From contig JAXGPF010000009.1 in the NCBI GenBank assembly GCA_040767085.1, forward strand, positions 96,001-160,000: 64,000 nucleotides of DNA, given 5' to 3'. Shown in pieces: positions 1 through 9,705 of this stretch; the stretch's first letter is position 1, and each line of letters begins with the position of its first letter. The notes below the pieces were generated by a model. The model made no database searches, had not been told where the DNA came from, and worked only from the letters and a program-made list of their open reading frames with translations. The translations under genes were made by a program, and so were the position numbers. Source of the DNA: Kiritimatiellia bacterium (GTDB lineage: Bacteria; Verrucomicrobiota; Kiritimatiellia; JAAZAB01).

Positions 1-665
1 TCATCAAAACCGGCCGCGACGCTTCGCCAATTGCCGTCCGGCAAACCGGTCTGGGCAAATGCGGCGCGCAGGCCGGCGCCGTGTTCCCGCGCGCTGGAAA
101 TATCCGCCGGCCCCGCCAGGTACCCCCAGTTCCGATAGCCCTTGCCGGCCAGATACTGTCCCAGGATAAACGCGCCGCCACGGGTATCCGAGACCACGTA
201 ACTGGCATGTACGCGCGGTTTGCACCGGTCGATAAAGACGAACGGCACGCCTTTCTCCGCCAACCGCCGGTAAACGGCCGTGCTTCCCGGCGGGCCGGCC
301 GGGGCGATGATTAATCCGTCCACCTTGAACTCTCGCAGGAGGTCAATTTGCCGGACTTCATCGGCATACGATTCCCGGCTGTTGGCCAGCAACAGGAGGT
401 ACCCCGCCGCATCCGCCGCGCTTTGAATGCCGCCGATCAAGTCGGGGAAAAACGAACTGACGATATCCGGCACGATCACGCCGATGACGCGCCCGGACGA
501 TCCGCGCAAACGGGCCGCCCCGCGGTCGCGCACGTAATCATGCTGGCGCATGGTGCGCAGAATCTTGGTGCGCAGGGCCGGGCTGATGCCCGGGAGGTTA
601 TTCAGCGCCCGGGAAATCGTCATCTGCGAAACGCCCAATAACCGCGCCAGGTCTTTCTGATTCAT
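1..665 (-). CDS. LacI-family transcriptional regulator (3' end outside window)
   Basis: Manual translation from ATG at 665 gives MNQKDLARLLGVSQMTISRALNN...VIGVIVPDIVSSFFPDLIGGI, a LacI HTH plus the start of the sugar-binding domain. Not in the ORF track because it is truncated. Confidence 0.9.
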   Translation of the reverse strand, partial: MNQKDLARLLGVSQMTISRALNNLPGISPALRTKILRTMRQHDYVRDRGAARLRGSSGRVIGVIVPDIVSSFFPDLIGGIQSAADAAGYLLLLANSRESYADEVRQIDLLREFKVDGLIIAPAGPPGSTAVYRRLAEKGVPFVFIDRCKPRVHASYVVSDTRGGAFILGQYLAGKGYRNWGYLAGPADISSAREHGAGLRAAFAQTGLPDGNWRSVAAGFD

Positions 666-693
666 GGTGATAGATGCCCGGATACGCCCGTAA

Positions 694-1965
694 TCATGCC
701 GTCGGAAATTCGCGCAGTTCCACCACGCGGCGCTCGAGGCGCGCCTGCTCGGCGGCGAAAACAATCATGTGCGATTCGCAGGTTTCGGCGGGACCGGAAA
801 GCAACCCGGCGCCGGCGCCGGCCGACACCGCCGCCACGAACGCCCGCATCAGACCGAAATCTCCGCCGCCGTGTCCTCCCAGGATCGAAGTATCCAATTT
901 TTCAATCGGGATCGTTTCGGTGGTATCGGTCAGGAAATCGCGGCAGGTCAATGCCGCCGAATCGCCCGCCAGTTCGCCGCGCGACCCGAAGATGCGGGTG
1001 CGCCGCCCGCCCTCGGCAAATGCCGTCATGGTCATTGCCGCGGTGGCGCCGTTGGCAAACTGCATATTCACCACCTGGTGGTCCACCACATCGTTGTCGC
1101 ACTTGTAAACGCAACGGCCGTAGGGCCCTTCGCGCAACGCCCGGGTTACGCCGGCCTCGGTCAAGTCGGTGGTCAAAACGTTCAACGGCCAGGAGGTCTG
1201 GCCTTTCCACAGGCGTCCCAGGTAAATCCGGCGGGCAGAATATGGGCACTGGGCTTCCACCGGGCAATCCAGGCAGCGGTCGGCCGCGCCTGCCGGCTGG
1301 CGTTCGGGCCGGAAATGTTGCAGGCCGCCGAAGGAAGAAACCTGGACGCAAGGAGCGCCGATGAGATAACGGATCCAATCCACATCGTGGCAGCATTTGG
1401 CCAGCAGCATGCAGGATGATTCGCCGGTATTGCGCCAGTTGCCGCGGACAAACGAATGCGCCTGGTGCCAGTAGCCCACGGGTTCGATATGCTGCAGGCT
1501 GACGATTTCGCCGATACGCCCGGAATCCAGCACGGCCTTCAGCGCGCGGGTGTATTGGGTGTAACGCATCACATGACAGACCGCGAAGATGATGCCCGCG
1601 TCCGCCGCGGCGCGCGCGATGCGGCGGCATTCATCCGGCGTCGGCGCCATGGGTTTTTCCAGGAGCACATGATAGCCGCGCGCCGCGAAGGCCAGCGCCG
1701 GCTCGGTGTGCATGCGATCCTGGGTGGCGATGATCACGGCATCGGCCAGGCGCGGGCGCGCGGCGGCCGCCCGCCAGTCATCGAACACCCGGTCGGCCGG
1801 GATTGCGTGCGCCGCAGCCAGGGCGTGGCGATATGGCGTCCGCGGTTCGGCCACGCCGACCACCCGCGCCAAATCGGGATGGGTGGCGGCATAGCGCGCG
1901 TAACCTGCGCCGCGGCTGCCGGCGCCGGCCACCAGCAATGTTACAGTTTTTTTTGGTTTTGGCAT
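694..1965 (-). CDS. Gfo/Idh/MocA family oxidoreductase
   Basis: GAGSRG Rossmann motif, HVLLEKPMA and KCCHDVD motifs. Start placed at MPKPKK. Confidence 0.9.
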   Translation of the reverse strand: MPKPKKTVTLLVAGAGSRGAGYARYAATHPDLARVVGVAEPRTPYRHALAAAHAIPADRVFDDWRAAAARPRLADAVIIATQDRMHTEPALAFAARGYHVLLEKPMAPTPDECRRIARAAADAGIIFAVCHVMRYTQYTRALKAVLDSGRIGEIVSLQHIEPVGYWHQAHSFVRGNWRNTGESSCMLLAKCCHDVDWIRYLIGAPCVQVSSFGGLQHFRPERQPAGAADRCLDCPVEAQCPYSARRIYLGRLWKGQTSWPLNVLTTDLTEAGVTRALREGPYGRCVYKCDNDVVDHQVVNMQFANGATAAMTMTAFAEGGRRTRIFGSRGELAGDSAALTCRDFLTDTTETIPIEKLDTSILGGHGGGDFGLMRAFVAAVSAGAGAGLLSGPAETCESHMIVFAAEQARLERRVVELREFPTA

Positions 1966-2077
1966 CGTCGGCTTTCCTGTTGAAGGATGTTTTTTGCTTT
2001 GGCCCGGATGATGGCGCAGCGCGCACAGGCACCAGGCGGCAAGCAAGATACCACATTTGGACGCGCATGCAATAGTA

Positions 2078-4768
2078 TCATGCATGGTATTGCAGGGCTA
2101 ACACGGTGATATCGTCAAACTGCTCGCGGCCGGTCTGGTGGGCCTTGGCGGCGCGCATCAGCGCATCTGTCAAGACCGCCGGCGCGGCTTCCGCCTGGGC
2201 GTGCAACAACCGGCTGACGCCCTCTTCGCCAAACATGCGGTCGGTGCGGTCCGGGGCTTCGGTCAGCCCATCGGAATACAGCAGCAGGATGGACTCCCGT
2301 GCCAGGACGAATTCATGCTCCCGGTAAGCGGCATCGGATTCCACCCCCAGGGCCATACCATGGCAGCAAGCTTCGGCCAGCGGCCGCCAGGCGCCGGCGT
2401 CCCGGTAAAACGGCGGAGGATGCCCGGCATTGCAACAGACCGCGTGTCCGGTGGGCACATGGCACACCATGTAAAAAACCGTCACGAACATCAAGGCCGG
2501 ATTATCTTCGGCCAGCGCGCGGTTCACCTCGCTCATCACCGGGGCGGCGTCGCGCCGGCCGCGGGCCAGGCTGCGCAGCAGGGTGCGGAATTCCATCAGG
2601 AACAGGCCGGCGGGCACTCCCTTGCCGGACACATCCGCCACCACAACGCCGAGGTAATCATCATCCACCTGGAAAAAGTCGAAATAGTCGCCGCCGATCT
2701 CGCGCGCCGGCTCCATCTGCGCCACGATCTCGATGTTTTCCAGGCCGGCGCAGGGCGGGAACACCGTCGGCAGCATTTCGCGCTGCATATCCCGGGCGAA
2801 CCGCAATTCGGATTGAATGCGCTCTTGTTCTGAGGCGGCGCGCGCCTGCTCAGCGGTAAAAGTCGCCAGCCGGCCGGACATCTGGTTGAAAGCCAGGGCA
2901 AGATCGCCCAACTCATCCCGGGAGCGCAATTCGATCCGATGGTCGAAACCGCCGGCACTGATGATTTCCGTGGCTTTCATCAGCCGCCGCAGCGGACGCG
3001 TGAACAGGAAGGAAAAAACCAGGATGACCGCGCACAAGAGCAAGCCGGTGCCGCCCACCATGCGCCCCGCGCGGGCGGCGGCGGCGCGGTCGGCGCGGTC
3101 CAAGGTTTCCGTCGGACGGTAAAGTTCCAAGAGGTAGATCACCTCGCCGGCGCGGTTCAGGATCGGGCTGATATGGCTGAACCATTCGCCCTGGTCGTCC
3201 TGGAACCGCCCATACTGTGAAACCTTTTCCGAGACGGCGCGCAGGAAAACTTCCCGGTCCGGGGTGACGATAAACGGCTCGAAAATCGGTCCGCGCCATA
3301 TATTGATGCCGAAATAAAACCGGTTATTGACGATTTTGTGAAGAATCCACTTGGGCGTATGCGGCACCCGCTGGGCATCCAGGATGCGCGATACTTCCAG
3401 GTAGATGCGTTCGTAGATCGGGCTGTTGCGGTCCTCCGGCCGGCTGATCGCTTCCAAATCTTCCAGCGACAGGCTGTTCAAAATGGCGCAAGCCAGGTTG
3501 CGCAGACGCAGGACGGCTTCCTGCTCCTTGTCCTCGCGCATCATCTCGCGCACCTGGCTTTCCACCACCAGGTTGCCGGCCAGCACCAGGGGGACGAACA
3601 AGAGCAGGAGTTTGAAGAAAAGCGGGAAACGCAACCGGGCCAGCCGCCGTTGGAGCCGGCAGACGCCCAGCCAGGCGGCCGCCAGCGCCAGGCCGGCCGC
3701 GAGGATAACGCCCAGGCCGCACCAACAGCGTGTGCGGTAGCGCTCGACCACGCGCAAAGGCGGACCGGGAATCACCAGGCAGCGGTTGACCAGGTCAAAA
3801 GCGCAGGCGCCCAGTTCCGGGTGCGGGAAAAGACCGCCCACCAGGATATCCGCAAAGGGATAGCCTTCCGCCAACGGGTTGACGAGCCGCATGCGCCGAC
3901 CCTGGTCGTTGTATTGCAGCCAGGAACGATTGCCCGTGCTGGCAACGGTCAAAGCCGGCGGCGCGCCGGGATTCAGCGCTACGAAATTCAAATCGTCCGG
4001 CGCCAGCAATCCGCCCGGGTCCAGACTCACCTGGCCGAACTCGCGCAGCCGCCGGCCATCCGGCGCATAAGCCACAATGCGGCCAGCCGATCCGCAGGCC
4101 AGGTAAATCCGCCCGGCCTGATCCACCTGGATGGAATTCCAACCGGCCCAGGCGTTGTTGGTTTCGCCCAGAACAATGATGCCGGGGCCCGGTCCGCCGC
4201 GCGCCAGGACGGCAGGCGTCCCTGCCGGCAATTTCCAGATATTATGTTGCCCGACACAGGTATTGACAAAATAATGATCGCCGCGGCTGGAGCAGGCGTA
4301 GCGCATTTCCGGGTAAAGCGCCGGGTCGCTGAATAAAACCAGTAAAATTTCACGGGGCGGCGCACGGGGTCCCGTGTCGTACGCGCGGAACCGGTAGCCG
4401 GCGAATGAACGGGTTGCCCGGTCGTAGACATAGCTCTGAACTACGAGGCAACCGTCCGGGCCGGGGTAAAGCTTGCGGACCATGTAGAAATAATCCGCGT
4501 CGTCCGGCTCAATCCGCTGCGCGGACAGCAATTGCAGGGGCCGGTCTGCGCCGGCATAGCTCAATTCCAGCAGCCGGTTGTCTTTTTTTTCCAGAACATA
4601 CAGGCGGCCGCCGATCATCGTGCAAGCGACAGGATTGACAAATTCCCGCGCGCTGTAATTGGCGCGGCATACCAGCCAGCCGGCCGCCGCGAGGGTGGCC
4701 AGTAAAATCGCCGACAGCACACAGCGCCACAGACAAGATAACAACGAGATGCCACCCCGGTTAAGCAT
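2078..4768 (-). CDS. Membrane sensor with HAMP and SpoIIE/PP2C (RsbU-like) phosphatase domain
   Basis: TM segments, HAMP (DELGDLALAFNQM), PP2C motifs GGDYFD, ADVSGKG, NAGH, SDGLTE, DDIT. N-terminal region is beta-propeller/NHL-like. Confidence 0.9.
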   Translation of the reverse strand: MLNRGGISLLSCLWRCVLSAILLATLAAAGWLVCRANYSAREFVNPVACTMIGGRLYVLEKKDNRLLELSYAGADRPLQLLSAQRIEPDDADYFYMVRKLYPGPDGCLVVQSYVYDRATRSFAGYRFRAYDTGPRAPPREILLVLFSDPALYPEMRYACSSRGDHYFVNTCVGQHNIWKLPAGTPAVLARGGPGPGIIVLGETNNAWAGWNSIQVDQAGRIYLACGSAGRIVAYAPDGRRLREFGQVSLDPGGLLAPDDLNFVALNPGAPPALTVASTGNRSWLQYNDQGRRMRLVNPLAEGYPFADILVGGLFPHPELGACAFDLVNRCLVIPGPPLRVVERYRTRCWCGLGVILAAGLALAAAWLGVCRLQRRLARLRFPLFFKLLLLFVPLVLAGNLVVESQVREMMREDKEQEAVLRLRNLACAILNSLSLEDLEAISRPEDRNSPIYERIYLEVSRILDAQRVPHTPKWILHKIVNNRFYFGINIWRGPIFEPFIVTPDREVFLRAVSEKVSQYGRFQDDQGEWFSHISPILNRAGEVIYLLELYRPTETLDRADRAAAARAGRMVGGTGLLLCAVILVFSFLFTRPLRRLMKATEIISAGGFDHRIELRSRDELGDLALAFNQMSGRLATFTAEQARAASEQERIQSELRFARDMQREMLPTVFPPCAGLENIEIVAQMEPAREIGGDYFDFFQVDDDYLGVVVADVSGKGVPAGLFLMEFRTLLRSLARGRRDAAPVMSEVNRALAEDNPALMFVTVFYMVCHVPTGHAVCCNAGHPPPFYRDAGAWRPLAEACCHGMALGVESDAAYREHEFVLARESILLLYSDGLTEAPDRTDRMFGEEGVSRLLHAQAEAAPAVLTDALMRAAKAHQTGREQFDDITVLALQYHA

Positions 4769-4869
4769 GCTGCCAGTTTAGCGTTTACCGGCCGCCCCCG
4801 GCAAGCGTAAATATAACGTCATCGCAGGTTGACAAGCGCGTAAGAATTGGCAATACTGACCGGGTATCA

Positions 4870-7230
4870 ATGCGCTTCCCCCCCGCTGGCACACTTGCGT
4901 CCGCAATTCTGTGGGCCGCCGGCAGAATGGCGTTCAAAACGCGAATCTTGAAATTTGCATCGAATCATATGCAAAAAAATCATCCCTTCAACAATCCGCT
5001 TTACGGCGATGAACGCAATCCTCAAATTCTGCGCATGGCGCAGGACGTCCATGCCTTTGCCAGCCCCCTGAAGCCATTCCGGGCCCTTTCCGGCGAAATC
5101 CTCTGCGGCGAATCCTGGCGCCTGGAATGCCCCAACCGCGCCTGGCGGCATTGTCTGAATGACTTCGCCGGTTTCCTGGACCGGATGGGATGCGCCCGTT
5201 CCAGCCGGGCCGCCACCCGGCTGCGCCTGGCAAAGCAGGCAGTCCCCGGCGGCGGCGCGGTGATTGATGTCGCACCCGCCGGCATTGATATCGCCTGCAC
5301 GGACCTGCATGGCGCCTGGCGGGCAATTGTCCGGCTGGAACATGAAATGGCCTGGCGCCATGCGCCGATTCTGCCGGCGGGGCGGATCGTTTTGCCGCCC
5401 CCGGCGGCGGAGCGCATCACCACCAGCCTGTTCGCGGCCGGGCTGGAAGACCCCGCCGACCCGCACGCTTACACGGCGCCATACCTGCGCAGCATGGCCC
5501 ATTATGGTTATGACGGTTTTTTCCTGTATATCAACCTCTGGGATTACACCGCCAGCCGGATTTTGCCGGAAATGAATGCCCCGCGCGCCGGTCAAAAACT
5601 CGCCGCGCTCGCCGCCCTGGCCGGCCGGGCGGAAGCGGCCGGCCTGAAAATTTACCTGCTGCCGGCGGCGCCGGGTTTGCCGGCGGATCATCCGGCGCTG
5701 CAAGCCCATCCCGCGGCCGCCGGCGGCACGGTGGGCAGCGCGCGCCGGCGCGCCCTCTGCCCGTGCGCGCCGGCTGTGCGCGCTTTTTACGCCGAGCAAC
5801 TGGAGCGGTTATGTTCCATCCGTCCGGCTTTGGGCGGACTGATCTTCATCATCGGCGGCGAAGGATTCCGGCATTGTTATTCCACGCCGATCCCCCGCAC
5901 CGAACGCGTCACCAATTGTCCCCGCTGCGCGCGCCGGGGCCCGGCCAAGGCGCTGGCGCCGATGTTCAACGCCATGACGGCCGCGATCCGGCGGGCCGCG
6001 CCGGAGACGCGCGCCGTTTACTGGCCCTACTCCAGTATTATCTGGCAGGTTAAAAGCCATGGCGCATACCGCTGGGAAGAGGACCTCGCCCTGATCAGAC
6101 AACTTGACCGCCGAGCCGTCTGGATGCTGGAAATCGAAAAAGATGCTCCTGCCTCCATCGCCGGGGTCGGTCCGACGCAGGTTTACGATTACAGCATTCA
6201 ATACATCGGTCCCTCGCCTAAATTCAAGCTGGAACGTCAGGCGGCGCGCCGGCGCGGGCTGCCCATCGCGGTTAAAACCGAGACCACCCAGACCATCGAA
6301 TTATTTGCCCTGCCCTATATCCCCGTCATGGGGCGCTGGGCGGCGCGCCGGGAAGCCATCCGCCGGACGGCGCCGGCCCTGATCATGGATACCTGGCGCT
6401 TGAACGGCTTCTGGCAGGCGCCCAGCGTGGAATTGGCTTACTGGCAGGCGGAACCGCACAATTTCACGCCGGACCGCGCGCTGCGGCGCGTCGCCTGCCG
6501 GTTGTACGGCGCGCGGGCCGCCGATGCGGCGCTGCGCGCCTGGTCGGATTTTTCCGCGGCCTGGGAAACCTCCCATGCGCGTTATGGCACCTACTGGGAT
6601 GGGCCGCTGGTGCTGGGTCCCGCGCACCCGTTTGACATCGGCACGGCGTTCCTGTCGCGGCCTTTCTATTCTCCGGCATTCTATCACCCCTCTCCCGCCA
6701 TGCGCGAACATGGCAACGAAGCCGCCTTGCGGGATCCCTGGCGCCTGCGCCCGAAATTTCATTTGATGCCCGGCCGCTGGGCCAGGGCGCGCCGCCGTGA
6801 TTTCGGACGCGCCGCCGCCCGCTGGCGCAAAGGCATGCTGCACCTGCGCCGCGCGCTGGACTGCACGCCCCGTCCGCTTTACCAGCGCGCGCGCGATGAT
6901 TATGAAATGGCCGAGATGGTCGGCATCTTCCTGGAGGCGGACCTGGCGTTCAACACCTTTGCCTGGCAGCGCGACATGCTTAACCAGACTTACGTCACCA
7001 GCCCGGCCTACCGCCGCCGCCTGCGGGAGATTGCGGCCATTCTGGAAGCCGACCTGGTCCGCAGCCGGCGCGGATTGGAAATTGCCGAACGCCAGCCTTT
7101 CATCGGCTGGGGTTATACTTTTGGCACGCGCTTTACCGCCGCCATGATTGCGGAAAAAATTAAAAAGACGGAGGGACTCCTGGCCAAAGTCAAAACCTGC
7201 ATCGCCGGCAAAACCGCGCTGCTGGTGTAA
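4870..7230 (+). CDS. Hypothetical protein, possibly glycoside-hydrolase-like TIM barrel
   Basis: 786 aa ORF with host-like codon usage; start uncertain. The GH-like guess is weak. Confidence 0.6.
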   Translation: MRFPPAGTLASAILWAAGRMAFKTRILKFASNHMQKNHPFNNPLYGDERNPQILRMAQDVHAFASPLKPFRALSGEILCGESWRLECPNRAWRHCLNDFAGFLDRMGCARSSRAATRLRLAKQAVPGGGAVIDVAPAGIDIACTDLHGAWRAIVRLEHEMAWRHAPILPAGRIVLPPPAAERITTSLFAAGLEDPADPHAYTAPYLRSMAHYGYDGFFLYINLWDYTASRILPEMNAPRAGQKLAALAALAGRAEAAGLKIYLLPAAPGLPADHPALQAHPAAAGGTVGSARRRALCPCAPAVRAFYAEQLERLCSIRPALGGLIFIIGGEGFRHCYSTPIPRTERVTNCPRCARRGPAKALAPMFNAMTAAIRRAAPETRAVYWPYSSIIWQVKSHGAYRWEEDLALIRQLDRRAVWMLEIEKDAPASIAGVGPTQVYDYSIQYIGPSPKFKLERQAARRRGLPIAVKTETTQTIELFALPYIPVMGRWAARREAIRRTAPALIMDTWRLNGFWQAPSVELAYWQAEPHNFTPDRALRRVACRLYGARAADAALRAWSDFSAAWETSHARYGTYWDGPLVLGPAHPFDIGTAFLSRPFYSPAFYHPSPAMREHGNEAALRDPWRLRPKFHLMPGRWARARRRDFGRAAARWRKGMLHLRRALDCTPRPLYQRARDDYEMAEMVGIFLEADLAFNTFAWQRDMLNQTYVTSPAYRRRLREIAAILEADLVRSRRGLEIAERQPFIGWGYTFGTRFTAAMIAEKIKKTEGLLAKVKTCIAGKTALLV

Positions 7231-7332
7231 GCATTATCAGCCACGCGCCCCCCCCCGGCAATTTTTTAATGGACAACCGTCCGATTATCGCCATAATGCC
7301 CCAAAACTTTATTTAGCAAGGAGTGGTCCACG

Positions 7333-7800
7333 ATGCAATTAACCGATGCCCAGAAAACGGCGGTCAAACAGTGGGTGGCCGACGGGTGCACCCTCGCGGA
7401 ACTGCAGCGCAAAATCAACGAGGAATTTAAACTATCCCTGACTTTCATGGACGTGCGCTTCCTGGTGCTGGACCTGAATCTAAAAATCAAAGACCAGGCC
7501 GCCGGCGGCGGCGCGGTGGATTTGTCCAAGGCGCCGCCCCAGCCGGCCGCCGCCGCGGCGGAAGCCGATGAGCCGCCGGCCGGAGGCGGGGTGACGGTAA
7601 GCCTGGACCGCGTCGTCAAACCCGGCGCAGTCGCCAGCGGACAGGTTGCTTTCAGTGACGGCGTCCGCGCCGATTGGATGTTGGACCAGATGGGCCGGCT
7701 CGGATTGAGCGCTACGCGCCCGGGTTACCGCCCCAGCCAGGAAGACTTGCATTCGTTCCAGGAAGAACTGGCCAACCTGCTGCAGAACCACGGCATGTAA
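7333..7800 (+). CDS. Conserved hypothetical protein
   Basis: 155 aa ORF with AAGGAG RBS; resembles a small PVC-group protein (recollection). Confidence 0.7.
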   Translation: MQLTDAQKTAVKQWVADGCTLAELQRKINEEFKLSLTFMDVRFLVLDLNLKIKDQAAGGGAVDLSKAPPQPAAAAAEADEPPAGGGVTVSLDRVVKPGAVASGQVAFSDGVRADWMLDQMGRLGLSATRPGYRPSQEDLHSFQEELANLLQNHGM

Positions 7801-8079
7801 ACCCGCGGTGTCCAGGTTAACAGTTATGCAATCGGTTTGCGAGCATGTTTGATTCCTGGAGGGCGAACCTGCGGTGAGCCGATCGGGAGTAAGTTTTAAG
7901 GGTTACGGTTTTAAGGTTTTACGCCTGAAAACTGAATACTTTCCCCTTTGTGCCTCTGCTCCTTTGCCCCCTGCCCCTTTGCATCCCAATCGCGTCGAGC
8001 CGCCGCATCACAAACTTCGGTGGTAGGGCGGCCAGTCCCTTGGCCGCCGCGTTCCGCATCAATCGCCTTCAACGCTGCG

Positions 8080-9207
8080 TCACAAACGCCCAAACAGCCT
8101 GTCCAGCATCCAGCGCACATGGCCGGCATTCAATGGCAGCGGATTGGCCTTGCCTGAGGCGGAAGCCAGCGTCTCGTTGACGATATCGTCCGTATCCCGT
8201 AATTCCAAGCCATCAAACGGATTTTGCACCGCCAGGCGGGCCAGCAGCGATGACGTCCACTCCCGCAAGTCGCCGCCTGCCAAGCGGCTTAATTCCTGGT
8301 AACGTCCGGAGATGGCATCCCGGTTGATTTCCAGCGCCAGCGGCAGGCAGACGCCGCAAACCTGGCCGTGGGGCACTTTGTAGCGGGCGCCCAGGGGATG
8401 CGCAATGCCGTGCACCACCCCCAACCGGGCGATTGAAAGCGCCAGCCCCGCAAAATAACTGCCCAAAAGCATGTTTTCCGCCGGATCGCCCGCGGTATCC
8501 GCGCGCGGCAAGGCAAAATCCTCCAGGTTGCCCGCAATCAGCCGGAAACCGCGCCGGGCAAAATCGTCGCTCAACTGCGAAGATGCATTGCAGAAATACG
8601 CCTCCACGGCCTGGGTCAGGGCGTCCAACCCGGCATGCGCGCGGACGCGGGGCGGACATGAATCCAGCAATCCGGCATCCAGCAGCACGAGGCTCGCCAT
8701 CATGTGGGGATGCCTGATTGATTTCTTCACCCCGGTGCGCAGGTTGGTCAGCACGGCGTTCATGGTGGCTTCCGAGCCCGTGCCGGCGGTGGTGGGCGCG
8801 GCGATGAACGGGACGGCGGGCGTTTCGATCGGCCGTCCGTCATGGTATTCCTCCACCGGCCCGTCCGCGCGCAACAAGCCGGCGCAAGCCTTGGCCGCGT
8901 CCATGACGCTGCCGCCGCCGACGGCGGCGATCCAATCCGCGCGCTCATGGCGGGCGGCCGCAAGCAAATCCGCCAGGTGTGCCAGCGTCGGTTCGCCGCC
9001 GGGATGTTCGGCGGCAAAGATATGCATGCCGGCCGGAATTTTGTCCAGAATCTGCCGCAGCGCGCCGGCGCCGCGCAGCGAAGCGCCATGCACCAGCAAT
9101 CCGCGCCGGCCATATGCCGCGGCCCGCGCGGCCAGTTGCGCGATGACGCCGCGTCCGCTGACCGTGCGCGCGGGCAGCGCCATATCGGGAGGAATGATTT
9201 TCTGCAT
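8080..9207 (-). CDS. Iron-containing alcohol dehydrogenase family protein
   Basis: AVGGGSVMDAAK, PTTAGTGSEAT, GLDALTQAVE and HGIAH...PHG motifs. Start placed at MQKIIP. Confidence 0.92.
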   Translation of the reverse strand: MQKIIPPDMALPARTVSGRGVIAQLAARAAAYGRRGLLVHGASLRGAGALRQILDKIPAGMHIFAAEHPGGEPTLAHLADLLAAARHERADWIAAVGGGSVMDAAKACAGLLRADGPVEEYHDGRPIETPAVPFIAAPTTAGTGSEATMNAVLTNLRTGVKKSIRHPHMMASLVLLDAGLLDSCPPRVRAHAGLDALTQAVEAYFCNASSQLSDDFARRGFRLIAGNLEDFALPRADTAGDPAENMLLGSYFAGLALSIARLGVVHGIAHPLGARYKVPHGQVCGVCLPLALEINRDAISGRYQELSRLAGGDLREWTSSLLARLAVQNPFDGLELRDTDDIVNETLASASGKANPLPLNAGHVRWMLDRLFGRL

Positions 9208-9239
9208 ACTTCGGCCCTTTCCGTGATATCCGCCGCGCC

Positions 9240-9590
9240 TCACGCGTAACACATAATCACCGCCAGCATTTCCAGCGGCGCGTTGCTTTCGTTGCGCACT
9301 GCATGCGTGCCGCCGCGGCCGGTCAGCACGGCGTCGCCGGCGGCGACGCGCACGGCCCGGCCGTCTTCTTCCACCACCCCTTCCCCGCTGACCACCACGA
9401 ACAATTCGTCTTCCCGCTCGTGGCAGTGGGGGCCGATGCCCGCCCCGGGCGGAATGATCAGGCGGGCGCACAGGCGTGTTTTCGCCTGGATTTCATCGGA
9501 ATTGAAGATGTGGCGGATGGAGACCGCGCCGGCCCCGCCCCGCATATTTTCCCTGACCTCGCTGCGCATTTCCGCGGCTTTGCGAATCAT
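9240..9590 (-). CDS. Cupin domain protein
   Basis: PGAGIGPHCHEREDE...GDAV...HAVRN cupin motifs. Confidence 0.88.
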   Translation of the reverse strand: MIRKAAEMRSEVRENMRGGAGAVSIRHIFNSDEIQAKTRLCARLIIPPGAGIGPHCHEREDELFVVVSGEGVVEEDGRAVRVAAGDAVLTGRGGTHAVRNESNAPLEMLAVIMCYA

Positions 9591-9705
9591 GATTACCCCT
9601 GGTATTTCTTGATTTCCGATCAATGGCCGGCGGCAAAATATTATTGCGCGCGCCGTTTTTTTAATTATCATTAATTGAGTTCGCAGTCAATGTCGGAAGC
9701 GCCGA

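Noticed and set aside
7855-7985. Short degenerate 7-8 nt repeats (CCTTTG-like) and a REP-like fragment between convergent genes
   Set aside because: Too short and irregular for a CRISPR array or a defined element; no spacers.
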